The notes: a model not told the origin generated them from the letters alone. A stretch of 64,000 bases of DNA from IMGVR_UViG_3300050821_013430:372001-436000, one strand, 5' to 3'; shown: positions 30,899 to 41,536, counted from the stretch's first letter. Program-made: numbers and translations.

Positions 30899-31174
30899 TT
30901 ACCACGACTGACGCGTTGCAGCCTTCAAGAACATCGCCCGAATCGCCTTTCGCTCCTTCTGCTCGCTTGCCCAATACCTCAGACATCCCATGCTGATGCC
31001 ACCCACGATCAGCACGAACATAGTCAGCGACATCGGCACCCCAAGGGAGCAAAGAGCGTAGATGACCACGAAGGGAACGACCACGGCAGCGGCGCCCCAC
31101 ACGATGGCCAGAACGGCAAACAGCGTCATGTCGAGCCCGATCATCGCCTTGAACGAATCCATCATCTGCTTCAT
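30899..31174 (-). CDS. two-TM membrane protein
   Basis: Two hydrophobic helices and a basic tail. Confidence 0.55.
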   Translation of the reverse strand: MKQMMDSFKAMIGLDMTLFAVLAIVWGAAAVVVPFVVIYALCSLGVPMSLTMFVLIVGGISMGCLRYWASEQKERKAIRAMFLKAATRQSW

Positions 31175-31362
31175 TGTCTCATCCTACCTTCCGTTGAATT
31201 GACTTGTTCCCCATCTGCATCCATAAGCGCTTGCGATCCACCACCGTAAGAATCCACTCGCCCCTCACCTCTTTGACTTCGCTGAGTACCTGAGTGATAC
31301 CAGAGCGCAAATTCCAGAGTGGGGAGTGTAAGGACAGAACGATCTTGTCTCCTACCTTCAAT

Positions 31363-31677
31363 TCACCCATTGGACTTTTCCTCCTGCACCTGACTGATTA
31401 CCGAACCATCCGAAGAATGCTTGAACGCGTAGAGCGAACAAGGGGATAACTCCCAGGTGCCGTACATCCCCGAGTAGCCATCATCGAACTTCACCTCATA
31501 CGGGTGATCCTTACCGTTGTACAAGCCAGTCTTGGTCTTATTCAGAGCAACGATGTTTCCAAAGGAATGCCCTGCGTGAATGATACGTTGTCCCACCCTG
31601 AATCGAAGCGTCTTCGGGTCGGGAAGTTCTACCTCTCCGGCAGGAACATCCAACCAATTGATCTCTGCGCTGATCAT
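31363..31677 (-). CDS. SH3-like protein (paralog of 43305)
   Basis: FRVGQRI...G.....N....GLY...D.PY.V.FD.GY. Confidence 0.6.
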   Translation of the reverse strand: MISAEINWLDVPAGEVELPDPKTLRFRVGQRIIHAGHSFGNIVALNKTKTGLYNGKDHPYEVKFDDGYSGMYGTWELSPCSLYAFKHSSDGSVISQVQEEKSNG

Positions 31678-31906
31678 GTCTTCTCCTCCCCCAATGCTTT
31701 ATTGAGGTTGTTCTGAGCGACGCATATCCGTTCTCGCAGGCGTCGTACCTCTTTCACCAGTACATGCAGGTCTCCACCTCCGCAGTAGTAATAACTACCA
31801 TCCTCGCGCCTAACGAGTTTGTGGATGCCGTTGGTGGTGCCGCAGATTCGACAGTTGTCCTCCGATGCGTATGTATACTCCAAACGCCGGAGTTGCTCTT
31901 CGTTGA

Positions 31907-32371
31907 TCATGACTCCGCCTTATTGTGGTATGAGCCATCTTTCCACCGATAGATTCCAGTGTAGATGACCAATTGTCCTTCGTTGTCTGTCTCGTATCCG
32001 TTCGGGTTATGCATCATCGTCCCTTCTACGATGTTGGCCCACGCTTCCGACAGAGTGAGAGCCTCTTCCGGCGGAGTAGGACAAGGAGCAACTGCTTTCA
32101 TCCCACCACCAGTCCGCTCAACGAGTTGAATCTCGCACATGTCCGCATACTCGTATTCGGCCCTGATGTCATCGTGCCAATAGATGGCAACCTTGTCTTC
32201 GCTGTTGCTGAGTACTCGACCATACTCCCCATCAACAACGTGGAGTACAATATCACCGACCACCAGACTCTCTGCTTGCTTTCTATCCATTGGACTCCAC
32301 CTCCACTTTGCCCATGTATGACATGTCGATGGGACGGTAATACTGTACCGCTTCCCAGCCATCGGCCACAA
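31907..32371 (-). CDS. SH3-like hypothetical protein
   Basis: LVVGDIVLHVVDGEYGRV; true start probably MDRKQ. Confidence 0.5.
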   Translation of the reverse strand: MWPMAGKRYSITVPSTCHTWAKWRWSPMDRKQAESLVVGDIVLHVVDGEYGRVLSNSEDKVAIYWHDDIRAEYEYADMCEIQLVERTGGGMKAVAPCPTPPEEALTLSEAWANIVEGTMMHNPNGYETDNEGQLVIYTGIYRWKDGSYHNKAES

Positions 32372-32512
32372 TGCCGATGTAGTCGTGCGGCTGCTCTTGA
32401 CTATTCCACTCTTTGACCACCGTACCGTACAGTTTGCGATTGCCGCAGCCTGTGGCGGAGCAGATGGTGTAGAGCCGATCGCCCTTCTTCAACGTCTTGA
32501 CAACATCGATGT

Positions 32513-33109
32513 TCATGGTCTGATCTCCTCCCTTCTTACAGTCGTTTCACTCCTCCGCAGGAATCCAAACGGCCCGTCCCAATCGTATTGGTGGGTCAAT
32601 AGCATGTCGAACAACTCCTTCTCAATGGCGCAGAACACTTCACCATGCATCTTATCCACGAAGATGGCTCGAAACGGACGACGCTCATTGTGGATATGGT
32701 GCGAGAGTTCGTGCAGCAGAATGATCAGATCATGCGACCCCATATAGATGGTGCGCTTGTATGCACGGTAGTAGCCTCCGCTATACTCATACCCCTCTTC
32801 CTTGCCGCGCACTTCCTTGATCGACTCTACACCCATCGCTTGGCATAGATCGTCGCACAACTTCTCCATTGCCTCGAAAGAGAGGATCTTGTGCGCATGC
32901 GCGTAAGTCCTGATGAACGTTCTCTCTTGTGCAAAACACGCACGATACTCCTCGTCCTTCGCTATACGCGCGTCTTCAATGAAGGGATGACCAGCCGGTA
33001 GTTTCCGTTTAGCGAGGTGATACCGATCCAATGGAGGATAGGTCATCAGATATGCTTGATGCAGTACCAACTTGATCTCTCGCCAGCCCATGTCAGTGCG
33101 CCACATCAA
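32513..33109 (-). CDS. SprT-like HEXXH metallopeptidase-like protein
   Basis: LLHELSHHIH...HGEVFC. Confidence 0.65.
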   Translation of the reverse strand: MMWRTDMGWREIKLVLHQAYLMTYPPLDRYHLAKRKLPAGHPFIEDARIAKDEEYRACFAQERTFIRTYAHAHKILSFEAMEKLCDDLCQAMGVESIKEVRGKEEGYEYSGGYYRAYKRTIYMGSHDLIILLHELSHHIHNERRPFRAIFVDKMHGEVFCAIEKELFDMLLTHQYDWDGPFGFLRRSETTVRREEIRP

Positions 33110-33494
33110 TCAGGTAGGAATGCTCCATCGCGTCGTCGTTCTCCACCAGGAAGAAGACGGTAGTTGGCTTCTCCACCTTGACATTCACCACGCACTTGTC
33201 TTGTGCAGCGATCTCCCCGCCCATCGCATATGCACGTGGACGTAGGTCAGGAAGAGTGCCGGTAGCGATCTCAACGCCGGATAGTTCCTCCATACGGATT
33301 CCGATGACCGCGCATGACATCGAGCCTTTGCCCCGCACCTCGAAGTGATAGCGCCCGACATGTGAGAGGTCGAGCACTGTCAATCGGAATGAGCCGGGGG
33401 AGAGGTCTTGGGTGGTGAGGTAGTCTTTGGCTTCTGCGGTGGAAGAGAGGGCGAGACAACCGATGAGAGCAATGGAGACGATAACGGGTTTCAT
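33093..33494 (-). CDS. secreted beta-rich protein
   Basis: Sec signal ending AEA. Confidence 0.6.
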   Translation of the reverse strand: MKPVIVSIALIGCLALSSTAEAKDYLTTQDLSPGSFRLTVLDLSHVGRYHFEVRGKGSMSCAVIGIRMEELSGVEIATGTLPDLRPRAYAMGGEIAAQDKCVVNVKVEKPTTVFFLVENDDAMEHSYLIDVAH

Positions 33495-33564
33495 TGGGTG
33501 GAATCTCCTTTGAGTGGTGTTTCCGATCCTGCCCCACCGAAAGAGTGAGGCAGACGCAGAGACG

Positions 33565-33999
33565 CTACTGACAGGCCGAGCCCCCGCTCACGCACACCTG
33601 GCCTGCTTGACAATATCTGCCATTGCCACAATCCACAGAATCGAGCGGGCGACAGGTATGATCGCTTCCGCACAACTCGTAGGGGCAATAATATCCGCCC
33701 GCGCAGCAATCTGAAGGAACCGGAATGCATCCCGTTCCACAAACCAGAGTGCCGTTGGGGCATCCACCGCCACCGCCTCCTCCACCACCGCCGAGACAAA
33801 CACCAGCACCGCAAACTGGAGCGCTGGGCGGACAACTTGTACCATTGCCGCAGCAAGTATACCCGGGGCCCGGAGTACAGGTGCCATCGCTGCATTGTGT
33901 TCCGCCACCTGGACACGGATCCACCGTGCAAGCCGTTTGGCTCGCCAGACCGATTCCGATGATCACCACCGACACCAAACCCATCATTGTCTTCTTCAT
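33565..33999 (-). CDS. Cys-rich repeat lipoprotein
   Basis: SQTA-C; repeated C..G..CC..G..CP modules; poly-Gly linker. Confidence 0.7.
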   Translation of the reverse strand: MKKTMMGLVSVVIIGIGLASQTACTVDPCPGGGTQCSDGTCTPGPGYTCCGNGTSCPPSAPVCGAGVCLGGGGGGGGGGCPNGTLVCGTGCIPVPSDCCAGGYYCPYELCGSDHTCRPLDSVDCGNGRYCQAGQVCVSGGSACQ

Positions 34000-34416
34000 C
34001 GCTCTACCCTTCTTTCCCTGTTGATCTCCGAAACCAGAATCCCATTCCGATAGTGGGCTACTGTCCCTCGCGAGGACTTATCCCACTGTTCCCAATTATC
34101 CACCGCCCCCATTCCAATGGCCTTAGCCAGTCGGATATAGCCAGCCGTGAAAATCAACTTCAAGTCGATGTTGGTCGTCATGGTATTACCTCCACAGTCC
34201 GAGTAAAGTGTCCCCCGGAAACTCGCCCCGGTCGGTGGTCAAAGAGTACATCCACCAGGTCGGGATAGATGGCAAGACAACCGCCCACATACTCTCGAAG
34301 TCCATACCGGGCCACCACCGTAGCGGGGCGCATGGTATGGGATATCGGCGTCGTCTTGTCATCCCGATAAAGCAGAGGATCGAAGACCATCACCCTACTC
34401 CCTGGCATGATGGTGC

Positions 34417-34800
34417 TCATCGCACCCACACTGCGGTCTGATTCAGCGGCTTGATATCCCCACTGGTCAAACCCGATGAAACCGAACAGGCGTATTGCTG
34501 TTGGTCGGTCAAAACCACCTCACCCCAACTCAATCCTTGTTCCTGGCAAACGAGATGGTGTCGTGCTACCGCCTGAGCGAAGTTGTCTTCCACATAGACA
34601 GCCGCACACAAACAGAAGGTTTGGGCCTGGCCACTCAATCCATTCATCTGTCGATTGCAGAAGTCCAGTGCCATCTTACCGAAGTCCTTATAGGTCTCCT
34701 GAGTGATGGGGGTGCAAGGGGTCATGGGAGGAGTGGGCGCAGGAGTAGCACTGCACCCAATTGACGACATCACCATCAGTACGGTCATATAGGCTTTCAT
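34417..34800 (-). CDS. putative lipoprotein
   Basis: MKAYMTVLMVMSSIG-C. Confidence 0.65.
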   Translation of the reverse strand: MKAYMTVLMVMSSIGCSATPAPTPPMTPCTPITQETYKDFGKMALDFCNRQMNGLSGQAQTFCLCAAVYVEDNFAQAVARHHLVCQEQGLSWGEVVLTDQQQYACSVSSGLTSGDIKPLNQTAVWVR

Positions 34801-35171
34801 TGGTCGTCTCCATTGCAGAGGTGAACGATGCCCGTTCCGTTGGGGCCTTGGCAACTCGACCCAACCTCACATTGGAGGTCATTGCAGTCGGTGGCCGAAT
34901 TGTCGGGAGCAAAGCATATCCAAGGGTATTGGAAGCCGGAAGCATCGGCAGGATAGACCCACATTCCCGTATCCTGATCGAAGGGATAACAGGGGTAGGT
35001 CTTGTCGTTCCAAAGTGCCGAATCCACATCATCGTGAGTGATGGTGCAGCACAGGTCGGAGTGATTGCCATCATCCGCCACATCCGGAGAGGCATCGAGG
35101 TTCTTGGTATAGGGATCGTCTGCGCCGCAACCCACGCTCACGAGCAGACAGATAGCAGTATAGGGTTTCAT
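34797..35171 (-). CDS. Cys-rich lipoprotein
   Basis: MKPYTAICLLVSVG-C. Confidence 0.65.
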   Translation of the reverse strand: MKPYTAICLLVSVGCGADDPYTKNLDASPDVADDGNHSDLCCTITHDDVDSALWNDKTYPCYPFDQDTGMWVYPADASGFQYPWICFAPDNSATDCNDLQCEVGSSCQGPNGTGIVHLCNGDDQ

Positions 35172-35172
35172 C

Positions 35173-35730
35173 TCAGTTGTCCTCGCAGAAGCCGGGGCTC
35201 TGATGATGCACCTGCGCGTATTGCAGTACATCGGCGCACATGACATGAGGTGCGGCAGGGCCAAGATCGGGATACATCACCGCAGCATGTTCCACATAGG
35301 TGTGGACTAAGCCCATGGCATGTCCCACCTCATGTTCTACCGTAGTGGTGAACTGATCGTCCGTTTCCACATCCGTCGGAAGCCACACACTACCCCAAGA
35401 GTTTCCACTCGGATACCAGTAGTAGTTGGTGTAGCCAATGTCGGAAGAGTTGGTGTCTTTCTCGATCTGCGCGCGCGTCTCCCCGTTGATGGAAATGGCA
35501 TTGACGCAGGTGCCATCATCGCAAGATCGATTCTCGAAGAAGACATCGAAGGAGATTCCGGAATTGGCTCCCTTAGCCTCCCACTCATTGAGACCATCCA
35601 ACACCAACTGCACACGATGTGGACTGAGGGTGGTCGGATTGATGTAGACTTGGTAGTGATTGGGCAGATGTCCACATCCAAACGATCCGAGAGTCATCAA
35701 TCCCACCATTCCGAGCGTGAACTTGTTCAT
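35173..35730 (-). CDS. matrixin-like (metzincin) metalloprotease lipoprotein
   Basis: SFG-C lipobox; HEVGHAMGLVH followed by Met-turn AVMYP. Confidence 0.85.
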   Translation of the reverse strand: MNKFTLGMVGLMTLGSFGCGHLPNHYQVYINPTTLSPHRVQLVLDGLNEWEAKGANSGISFDVFFENRSCDDGTCVNAISINGETRAQIEKDTNSSDIGYTNYYWYPSGNSWGSVWLPTDVETDDQFTTTVEHEVGHAMGLVHTYVEHAAVMYPDLGPAAPHVMCADVLQYAQVHHQSPGFCEDN

Positions 35731-35909
35731 TGGGCAACCCCTTCTTGCACATCAGCGGTTAGAGAGTTTGAGGTGGAGGGAGAATCCACTTGCATAGGCT
35801 CAACTTTGCAGTCGCGCCAATCCACCATGACCCCATTGGGAGTCATTAGAGCGATACCAGGAACACAAGCAGAAGAAGAGAGAAGAAAGAGCATGGCTAC
35901 CAGTTTCAT
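35727..35909 (-). CDS. small putative lipoprotein
   Basis: LLSSSA-C. Confidence 0.5.
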   Translation of the reverse strand: MKLVAMLFLLSSSACVPGIALMTPNGVMVDWRDCKVEPMQVDSPSTSNSLTADVQEGVAQ

Positions 35910-36055
35910 CGCTTGTTCTGCACTGGGAAGAGTTGATCAATGAGTGAGTTGGCGAAGGAGGTCATTCCTTCGATTGAGGCGATGAGGATCGCTTTCGCGA
36001 TATCCGCCACCACCACGAAGATGGTCTTGTTGGAGATCATGAGTACACCTCTCGG

Positions 36056-36496
36056 TTATCGGTTTCTGCATGAATAGCACCATAAGGTGCCATCCGGTCG
36101 ATTGGCTACTGCCATCGGGAAGAAGTTGCCGCACCCTCCACTACACGTTAGCCCATCGGGGCCTTGCATCTTGGAAGGGGCGGGGATGGTATCCGCGGTA
36201 GGAGATACGACATTGCCTCCCACCTCTTCGGCACATCGAGCACCCGATAGCCAGATGATCCGATCGAAAGTACCGACCGAGGTTGTCCATCCCTGATTAG
36301 GATTGCTGGCTTGATCGGCCCCCAGGAGAAACCGTTCTCCTGCCTTCCAACCCAAACAGACATCTACCCCATTGGAAGACTTGGATACCACGGTGGCGAT
36401 GTCTGTATGGGCAGTGATTCGATCCATCCACGAACCACCAGTGTCAGTATAGTAGCGTACCTTCTCTCCGATGGCGAAGGTAGATAGATACCTCAT
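36056..36496 (-). CDS. SH3/KOW-like plus C-terminal zinc-ribbon protein (paralog of 14023)
   Basis: FAIGEKVRYY...CLGW...CSGGC...CYSC. Confidence 0.6.
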   Translation of the reverse strand: MRYLSTFAIGEKVRYYTDTGGSWMDRITAHTDIATVVSKSSNGVDVCLGWKAGERFLLGADQASNPNQGWTTSVGTFDRIIWLSGARCAEEVGGNVVSPTADTIPAPSKMQGPDGLTCSGGCGNFFPMAVANRPDGTLWCYSCRNR

Positions 36497-36695
36497 GCTA
36501 CCCTCCGTCCCAGGGTAGGTCGAAGCAACTCCTCGATCCACTGATCCTGATTGGGACAACTCGGGTGGTATTCGTCCAGCCGATATCCTCGTCCCTTGAT
36601 CTCGTCGATCACGTCCTGCGGAATGCGGTTCTCGCTATTGGCAGCGAAGACCCCAATCACGCTGAGTGTCATCTTGTCTCGTAGCAGAATCACCT

Positions 36696-37022
36696 TCATG
36701 GTCTTACCCTACCCAACTTCCTGAGGACATTACCCGACACGTCGGGACTCGCGAACTTCTCTTCCCCCATCTCCCTCAACAGAGAGTCGATATCGATATT
36801 GATGGTAGGCCTCATCAAACAAGGCTTGGTTGGCTCCTCTTCCGCGAATTGCATCACCAACTCACCGAAGTCGGTCAAGGTGCGCGTGGTCGGAGGCTCC
36901 TCCGGAATCAGAGTGTCTCGGTCTTGGCTGGTGAGCCAACAGGTCTCGGAGCAGTAGCCCGTTAGGCCCACCATATCTCCGGTCGCCTCACAGTCGATGT
37001 TCTTGCACACTTGTCGTCCCAT
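36696..37022 (-). CDS. hypothetical Cys-containing protein
   Basis: AGGAGAAGACAATG start. Confidence 0.5.
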   Translation of the reverse strand: MGRQVCKNIDCEATGDMVGLTGYCSETCWLTSQDRDTLIPEEPPTTRTLTDFGELVMQFAEEEPTKPCLMRPTINIDIDSLLREMGEEKFASPDVSGNVLRKLGRVRP

Positions 37023-37222
37023 TGTCTTCTCCTCCTTTCAATGCAACAGATAGCCAACACCCCATCCCAGGTCATACCCCAGGAGAATCAGTCCTGCCCC
37101 AATCAACGCATAGAGAACCCAATTCGGAACCATCTTGTTCATGCCATCCTCCTTCATTGTTCGAGTCTACGCCGCTGCCCCCATGCACATACGCACATGA
37201 GGGCAGAAACGGAGAAGCGAAC

Positions 37223-37402
37223 CTACTTCTTGCCGTGAACCACTTTCAGGCTCACCAGAGCAAGGCCGGTGAAAAGGCAGAAGTACCAGGGAACTGCCAT
37301 CTGATTGACGTGGAAGGCGGGCGAGGCGAGCGTGGACTGCCAGTAATGAAAGGCGATGGCAGTCAGAGCAGCCGAAGCGACAAGTGCGAAGATCTTCTTC
37401 AT
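37223..37402 (-). CDS. small two-TM membrane protein (paralog of 46125); absent from ORF track
   Basis: Manual translation MKKIFALVASAALTAIAFHYWQSTLASPAFHVNQMAVPWYFCLFTGLALVSLKVVHGKK. Confidence 0.7.
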   Translation of the reverse strand: MKKIFALVASAALTAIAFHYWQSTLASPAFHVNQMAVPWYFCLFTGLALVSLKVVHGKK

Positions 37403-37485
37403 TGGGCTATCCGTCTCTTTCTTTGGGTTGTGTTGAGTTGTTGATCCCTAAGCGAGTTGAGTCCTAATCCCCCATAAGCAAGTCC

Positions 37486-37839
37486 CTACTTCCTCAATGC
37501 CCTTTCCGGCAAGGGAGGTGGTGAAGCCGCTTTCTTGTGCGATGCGCTGCTCTTGCGCTTCGGCGGTTCCGTAGGAGCCGGAATCCGAATCACTTCCGGC
37601 TGAGGGTCTTTCCCAGCATCCCTCACTGGGACGTTGCCTACCATAGCCTTGACCACCGTCCCACCATCGCCTACCCACGCCAGTTTCGCACCGTACAAGT
37701 GAAGGGCAAAGTTCGCCGAAGCGCGCTCCCACACTTGAACGACGGTATTGTCCACCAAAGTGAAGTCAATTCGGACTTGGTACTGATTGCCCCCTTTCGG
37801 GGGAACGCTGAATCCACGCGGAAGCGTGCTGATGTTCAT
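37486..37839 (-). CDS. hypothetical protein with Pro/Lys-rich tail
   Basis: AAAGGAG SD; follows a structured leader. Confidence 0.65.
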   Translation of the reverse strand: MNISTLPRGFSVPPKGGNQYQVRIDFTLVDNTVVQVWERASANFALHLYGAKLAWVGDGGTVVKAMVGNVPVRDAGKDPQPEVIRIPAPTEPPKRKSSASHKKAASPPPLPERALRK

Positions 37840-37867
37840 GTCTCGACTCTCCTTTCAGGTTGATTGC

Positions 37868-38037
37868 CGTAAGTCTGGCCACATCGACGGGGCGAGAGCG
37901 CGGATGTGTGGGGAGGGGATCCACGCTTCCTGCGACGACCGGATGTAGCCAGGCTTACGAGAGCCAAACCCAAACCCGTAGAAACGCCGATACCCGGCTA
38001 TCCGACAATCCAACGAAGGATCGGGATAGCCGGGTAT
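37868..38037 (-). ncRNA. structured intergenic RNA element (two long helices)
   Basis: 18-bp stem 37868-885/37942-959; 14-bp perfect stem 37990-38003/38024-037. Confidence 0.55.
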
Positions 38038-38066
38038 GAACCGGCCCGTATTCGGCGAATGTTCGG

Positions 38067-38585
38067 TTAGAACAGCCGCTTTTCGGCGTGGGCATCGAGG
38101 TCTCCCATCGCCTTTTCCGCGGAAGTACGCCTGGGGAAAGGCCCCCACGCGCGCTCACACGAACCGAGGTTGTCCGACGTCGGAGCCTTGTCCGTCTGAA
38201 CGATTCCGTAATCACTTCCGTCGTACACGACGTAAGACGGGCCCTTCGGCAGAATGGGGTGCACTCGCGTCCCGTCCTCATTCAGAGCGGGCTTTCGACC
38301 GCGCGGCTTGTATTCGCCGGAATCCTCCGACGTCTCCTCACCATTCTCGATCTTCTCCTTCATCGCCTCGAACTCCGAAACGAGATATCCGAGAACGCTG
38401 GCAACTGCCGGATCATTGGAATCCTCATTGGCTTCCGTGATCTTGGCAATCACCATGTTCAGGACGTTCACCCGAGGACTCGTGCGCGTCTTGCGCTCAC
38501 CAAACGACATCAGCTCTTCCATCGTACTTCTCCGTATGTTGGCTCCCAATGTGGGAGCGGTTTCGACCAACGGCTGAGGCAACAT
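38067..38585 (-). CDS. hypothetical protein (GC-rich, probable early gene)
   Basis: Downstream of a TTGTCA-16-TAGGTT promoter; start uncertain (38585 or MEELM). Confidence 0.6.
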   Translation of the reverse strand: MLPQPLVETAPTLGANIRRSTMEELMSFGERKTRTSPRVNVLNMVIAKITEANEDSNDPAVASVLGYLVSEFEAMKEKIENGEETSEDSGEYKPRGRKPALNEDGTRVHPILPKGPSYVVYDGSDYGIVQTDKAPTSDNLGSCERAWGPFPRRTSAEKAMGDLDAHAEKRLF

Positions 38586-38605
38586 GCCTTGACCGTCGCA
38601 CCCAT

Positions 38606-38633
38606 AACCTAAGCATTCCTTCGACATTGACAA
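38606..38633 (-). promoter_or_regulatory. sigma70-type promoter
   Basis: TTGTCA-16 bp-TAGGTT. Confidence 0.5.
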
Positions 38634-38657
38634 GCCCAATGCTGACGATTATGCCGA

Positions 38658-38672
38658 TGGCACGATCTTTGC
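38658..38672 (+). promoter_or_regulatory. sigma54-type (-24/-12) site
   Basis: TGGCACG-ATCT-TTGC, full consensus, intergenic. Confidence 0.6.
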
Positions 38673-38741
38673 CGAACAATGAGCCTCCGATACTCCCGAA
38701 GGCTCAGGCTCAGCCGTAGGCCTATGTCATCCTACCTTGCC

Positions 38742-39134
38742 TCACTCTTTCCCCTGCACCGCGTCAACCAGCACCTGCGTTCGCTTGGCACGCTTCTTGG
38801 CATCCCATTCCTTCCGGGCGACCAATGAGCAGGCATAGCACGCAGGTACCTTGTAGAGACCTCGGAAAGGGACAAGGTGATAAGCGGAGCGATTAGGGCT
38901 CCCACACACTTTGCAGCATTGGGCAGGACAAGGCTCACACGGCATTGCCTCCGCTCGTGCCACCTTTTCCGCCTTGTCGCATTCCTGCCGATACAGCAGG
39001 ATAGTCTGACTCAGTGTTGCCTGAGCCACCAGGTGCGCGTTCCTTTCCTCCGATGACCGCGACTTGTTCCCCAATTCCTTGTGCTGCTCGCGCAGGGCGC
39101 GGAGCCAATCGATCACTTGCTGGTCGTATCTCAC
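38742..39134 (-). CDS. coiled-coil plus zinc-finger protein
   Basis: CEPC...CKVC...CYAC. Confidence 0.55.
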   Translation of the reverse strand: MRYDQQVIDWLRALREQHKELGNKSRSSEERNAHLVAQATLSQTILLYRQECDKAEKVARAEAMPCEPCPAQCCKVCGSPNRSAYHLVPFRGLYKVPACYACSLVARKEWDAKKRAKRTQVLVDAVQGKE

Positions 39135-39226
39135 CTTTGACCTCCTTTGCCTACACTGTGGTTTGACCGCTACGACCTCATCCCCTCACCTTGTCCTACA
39201 CTCACTTCATTCGTGAGGTCTTCGAC

Positions 39227-39709
39227 CTACACCTTCACCCATTCCACCGTGCTCTTCCAGAACGGCGGAAGTCTTCTCTCCTTCAATCGTCGGTGCATAG
39301 CATACACCGCGGCGGGAGGACACCCGTGGATATTCCGCTGGGCGCACTTCGCCACCTCCTCCATCGTCCCACATCGGAGGGTAATGATCTCCGGCTCCCA
39401 CCCGAAGGCCAGTGAGGCTTGATAGTAAGGAGCGATCTCCCATGCCTCCGTATTGGTATTGCAGACCACGATCAAGGGAGGAGGAATATCCTTCCATGGA
39501 CACGCCACCTGCTCGATGAACCTACGGAAGCAATCAGCGTGCGCCTGTTCCAACTTGGACGGATCGAACTTGTAGTAGCCATCCGACATGGTGAAGAACT
39601 GATCGGCGCTGATTAGCGCCTTATGTCCGCTCGGCATAGGGAGACTATGTGCGTAGGTATCCTTCCCACTCCCAGGAATACCACTCATGATCACCACTCG
39701 CTTGCTCAT
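39227..39709 (-). CDS. P-loop polynucleotide kinase (AAA_33/N4BP2-like)
   Basis: MSGIPGSGKDT Walker A; ISADQFF; NTN..WE..PY; RNIHG.P. Confidence 0.85.
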   Translation of the reverse strand: MSKRVVIMSGIPGSGKDTYAHSLPMPSGHKALISADQFFTMSDGYYKFDPSKLEQAHADCFRRFIEQVACPWKDIPPPLIVVCNTNTEAWEIAPYYQASLAFGWEPEIITLRCGTMEEVAKCAQRNIHGCPPAAVYAMHRRLKERRLPPFWKSTVEWVKV

Positions 39710-39948
39710 TGTTTCACCTCCACCAACCGATACAACTTCTTGGTATCCGTGTCGTAGAGCAGCACCTCTCCGCCCACATCCTCTGCATCCGCATACACCA
39801 CATTGGGGCCATGTAGGTATTGGGCTAAGTAGGCGGAATCATACTTCCAGGCAGAGGAAAGCGGGCCCCATTGAAGATCGCTATTCAGAAACTGATTCAG
39901 ATGTTTGGGATGCCGAATCACCAGAGCCAGATCGTCGATGTATCTCAT
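39706..39948 (-). CDS. hypothetical protein containing the 32-bp repeat
   Basis: ATGA overlaps at both ends. Confidence 0.6.
   Translation of the reverse strand: MRYIDDLALVIRHPKHLNQFLNSDLQWGPLSSAWKYDSAYLAQYLHGPNVVYADAEDVGGEVLLYDTDTKKLYRLVEVKQ
39811..39842. repeat. 32-bp exact direct repeat, copy 1
   Basis: ATGTAGGTATTGGGCTAAGTAGGCGGAATCAT, identical to 51570-51601. Confidence 0.95.
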
Positions 39949-40256
39949 ACCCCCACCCTCTTCCTGTCCATCGCCACCGTGTGCATCACTCGCACCGTCT
40001 CGTACATCGAGGCTCCGGTGCGCTTGCTGTATGCCTTATAGGCATCCAACTTGCTCTTGCCCGCAAACCAGGCACGAAACTCCTCGGGGAGAGGGGTCGC
40101 GAATTGACCCTTGGCCACCTTGGTATCCACCCTCAGGTGAATCTCATCCTCCACCATCCCTTTCAGGGAAACCAATTCCTCGTCGCTGAGACTCTTGACC
40201 ACTTTCAGGGCCTTGTCTTCCTTCATCCCACTCTTCGGAGATTCCTTGGTAGTCAT
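39945..40256 (-). CDS. hypothetical protein
   Basis: Coupled ORF. Confidence 0.55.
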   Translation of the reverse strand: MTTKESPKSGMKEDKALKVVKSLSDEELVSLKGMVEDEIHLRVDTKVAKGQFATPLPEEFRAWFAGKSKLDAYKAYSKRTGASMYETVRVMHTVAMDRKRVGV

Positions 40257-40439
40257 CACATATCCTCCTTTGAGGGCAGTCGATACACTTTGGGCGTATC
40301 GTGATAGCAGCCTTCGCACACATCCCCAACGTACATGATCTTGTGGCCAGAAGTGGGCTGTTGGCAAGCGACAAGACCATCGACCCCGCCCTTGTTATGG
40401 TCTTGTTTGCAATGCAGACTCTCACAGTAGCAGGTCATC

Positions 40440-40742
40440 TCACACCTCCCATTCCGGGATCGTCCCGCCTGACATCACCGCCACACACCAGGAGTAGGCC
40501 TTGCTGAAAACTCCGTGTCCCTCGCACAAGGTGAGAGAGGCGATCTTGCTTGCCCACATCACGGAGATCGGATGACGGTTGAGGGCGGTGGTATTGAACT
40601 TGTCCCCCATCGACTCTTCCAACAGGGCTCGCAGGCGCGTAATATCCCGGGAAAAGGAATGCACCACTCCACTCAAATTGCAGGCGTTCTGAGAGGTGAA
40701 CACATCCTCCGCCAAATCCTTCATGGTACGATTGTCGTCCAT
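40440..40742 (-). CDS. hypothetical protein
   Basis: GGAGAACGACAATG start. Confidence 0.6.
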   Translation of the reverse strand: MDDNRTMKDLAEDVFTSQNACNLSGVVHSFSRDITRLRALLEESMGDKFNTTALNRHPISVMWASKIASLTLCEGHGVFSKAYSWCVAVMSGGTIPEWEV

Positions 40743-41536
40743 TGTCGTTCTCCCTTACTGTCGCTTGTCGAAGTAATCGGCAATCTCCGGGAGCAGGGCC
40801 ATCGCCAATGCGAAACCCGACGCCACGCCCACAACGATGAGAGCAACTACATGAGCAGCCATATCACACCTCCTCGAATTGAACGGGGTTTTGACGGTCT
40901 TGGAGTTTCCAAGCCTTGACGCAGAGAGCCACGGCAGCGCCCAAGAAAGAGAACGCGGTGATGAACAAGACCACAGCCAGGGAGAAGTGCGCAGGGAAGG
41001 TCATATAGCCCACACCCAGCGCAACGCATCCGGTCAGTTTGCCCATTACCAAGGCGCCGATAGCGAACCGATTGGTACGGATCACCTCGGGAGAAGGGGG
41101 AACTACTTGGTAGTACATGGTGAGACTTCCTTTCCTCAGGAACACAGCCAGGAAACCAGGCCCAATACCCCGGAACCGATCACCAGTCCAATCCCAATCA
41201 GGATCAGAATCCAGGCACCGAAGTAGGCGAGGCGGAACCAACTCACATGATGCTTATACACGCCCACCATCCTACTTCCCCTTACTCTCGAAGACGATAG
41301 GGGCCGGGATGCAATACTGAATCGCCCCATCGCACACCCACCCGTCCTTACAAACGGAATCATTGGCGCAGGCGGTAGGAGGAGGCTCCGCCATCGCTTC
41401 CACCAGAACCTGAGAAATGGCCAGGTCATGCCGAAGGCGCAGGTCATCCAACACCACCAGCCCCAAACTCAGAGAGCCGAGGAAGGAGGCGAGGATCACC
41501 CACTTGTACTCATACATACGCTGATAGAGGTTCATG

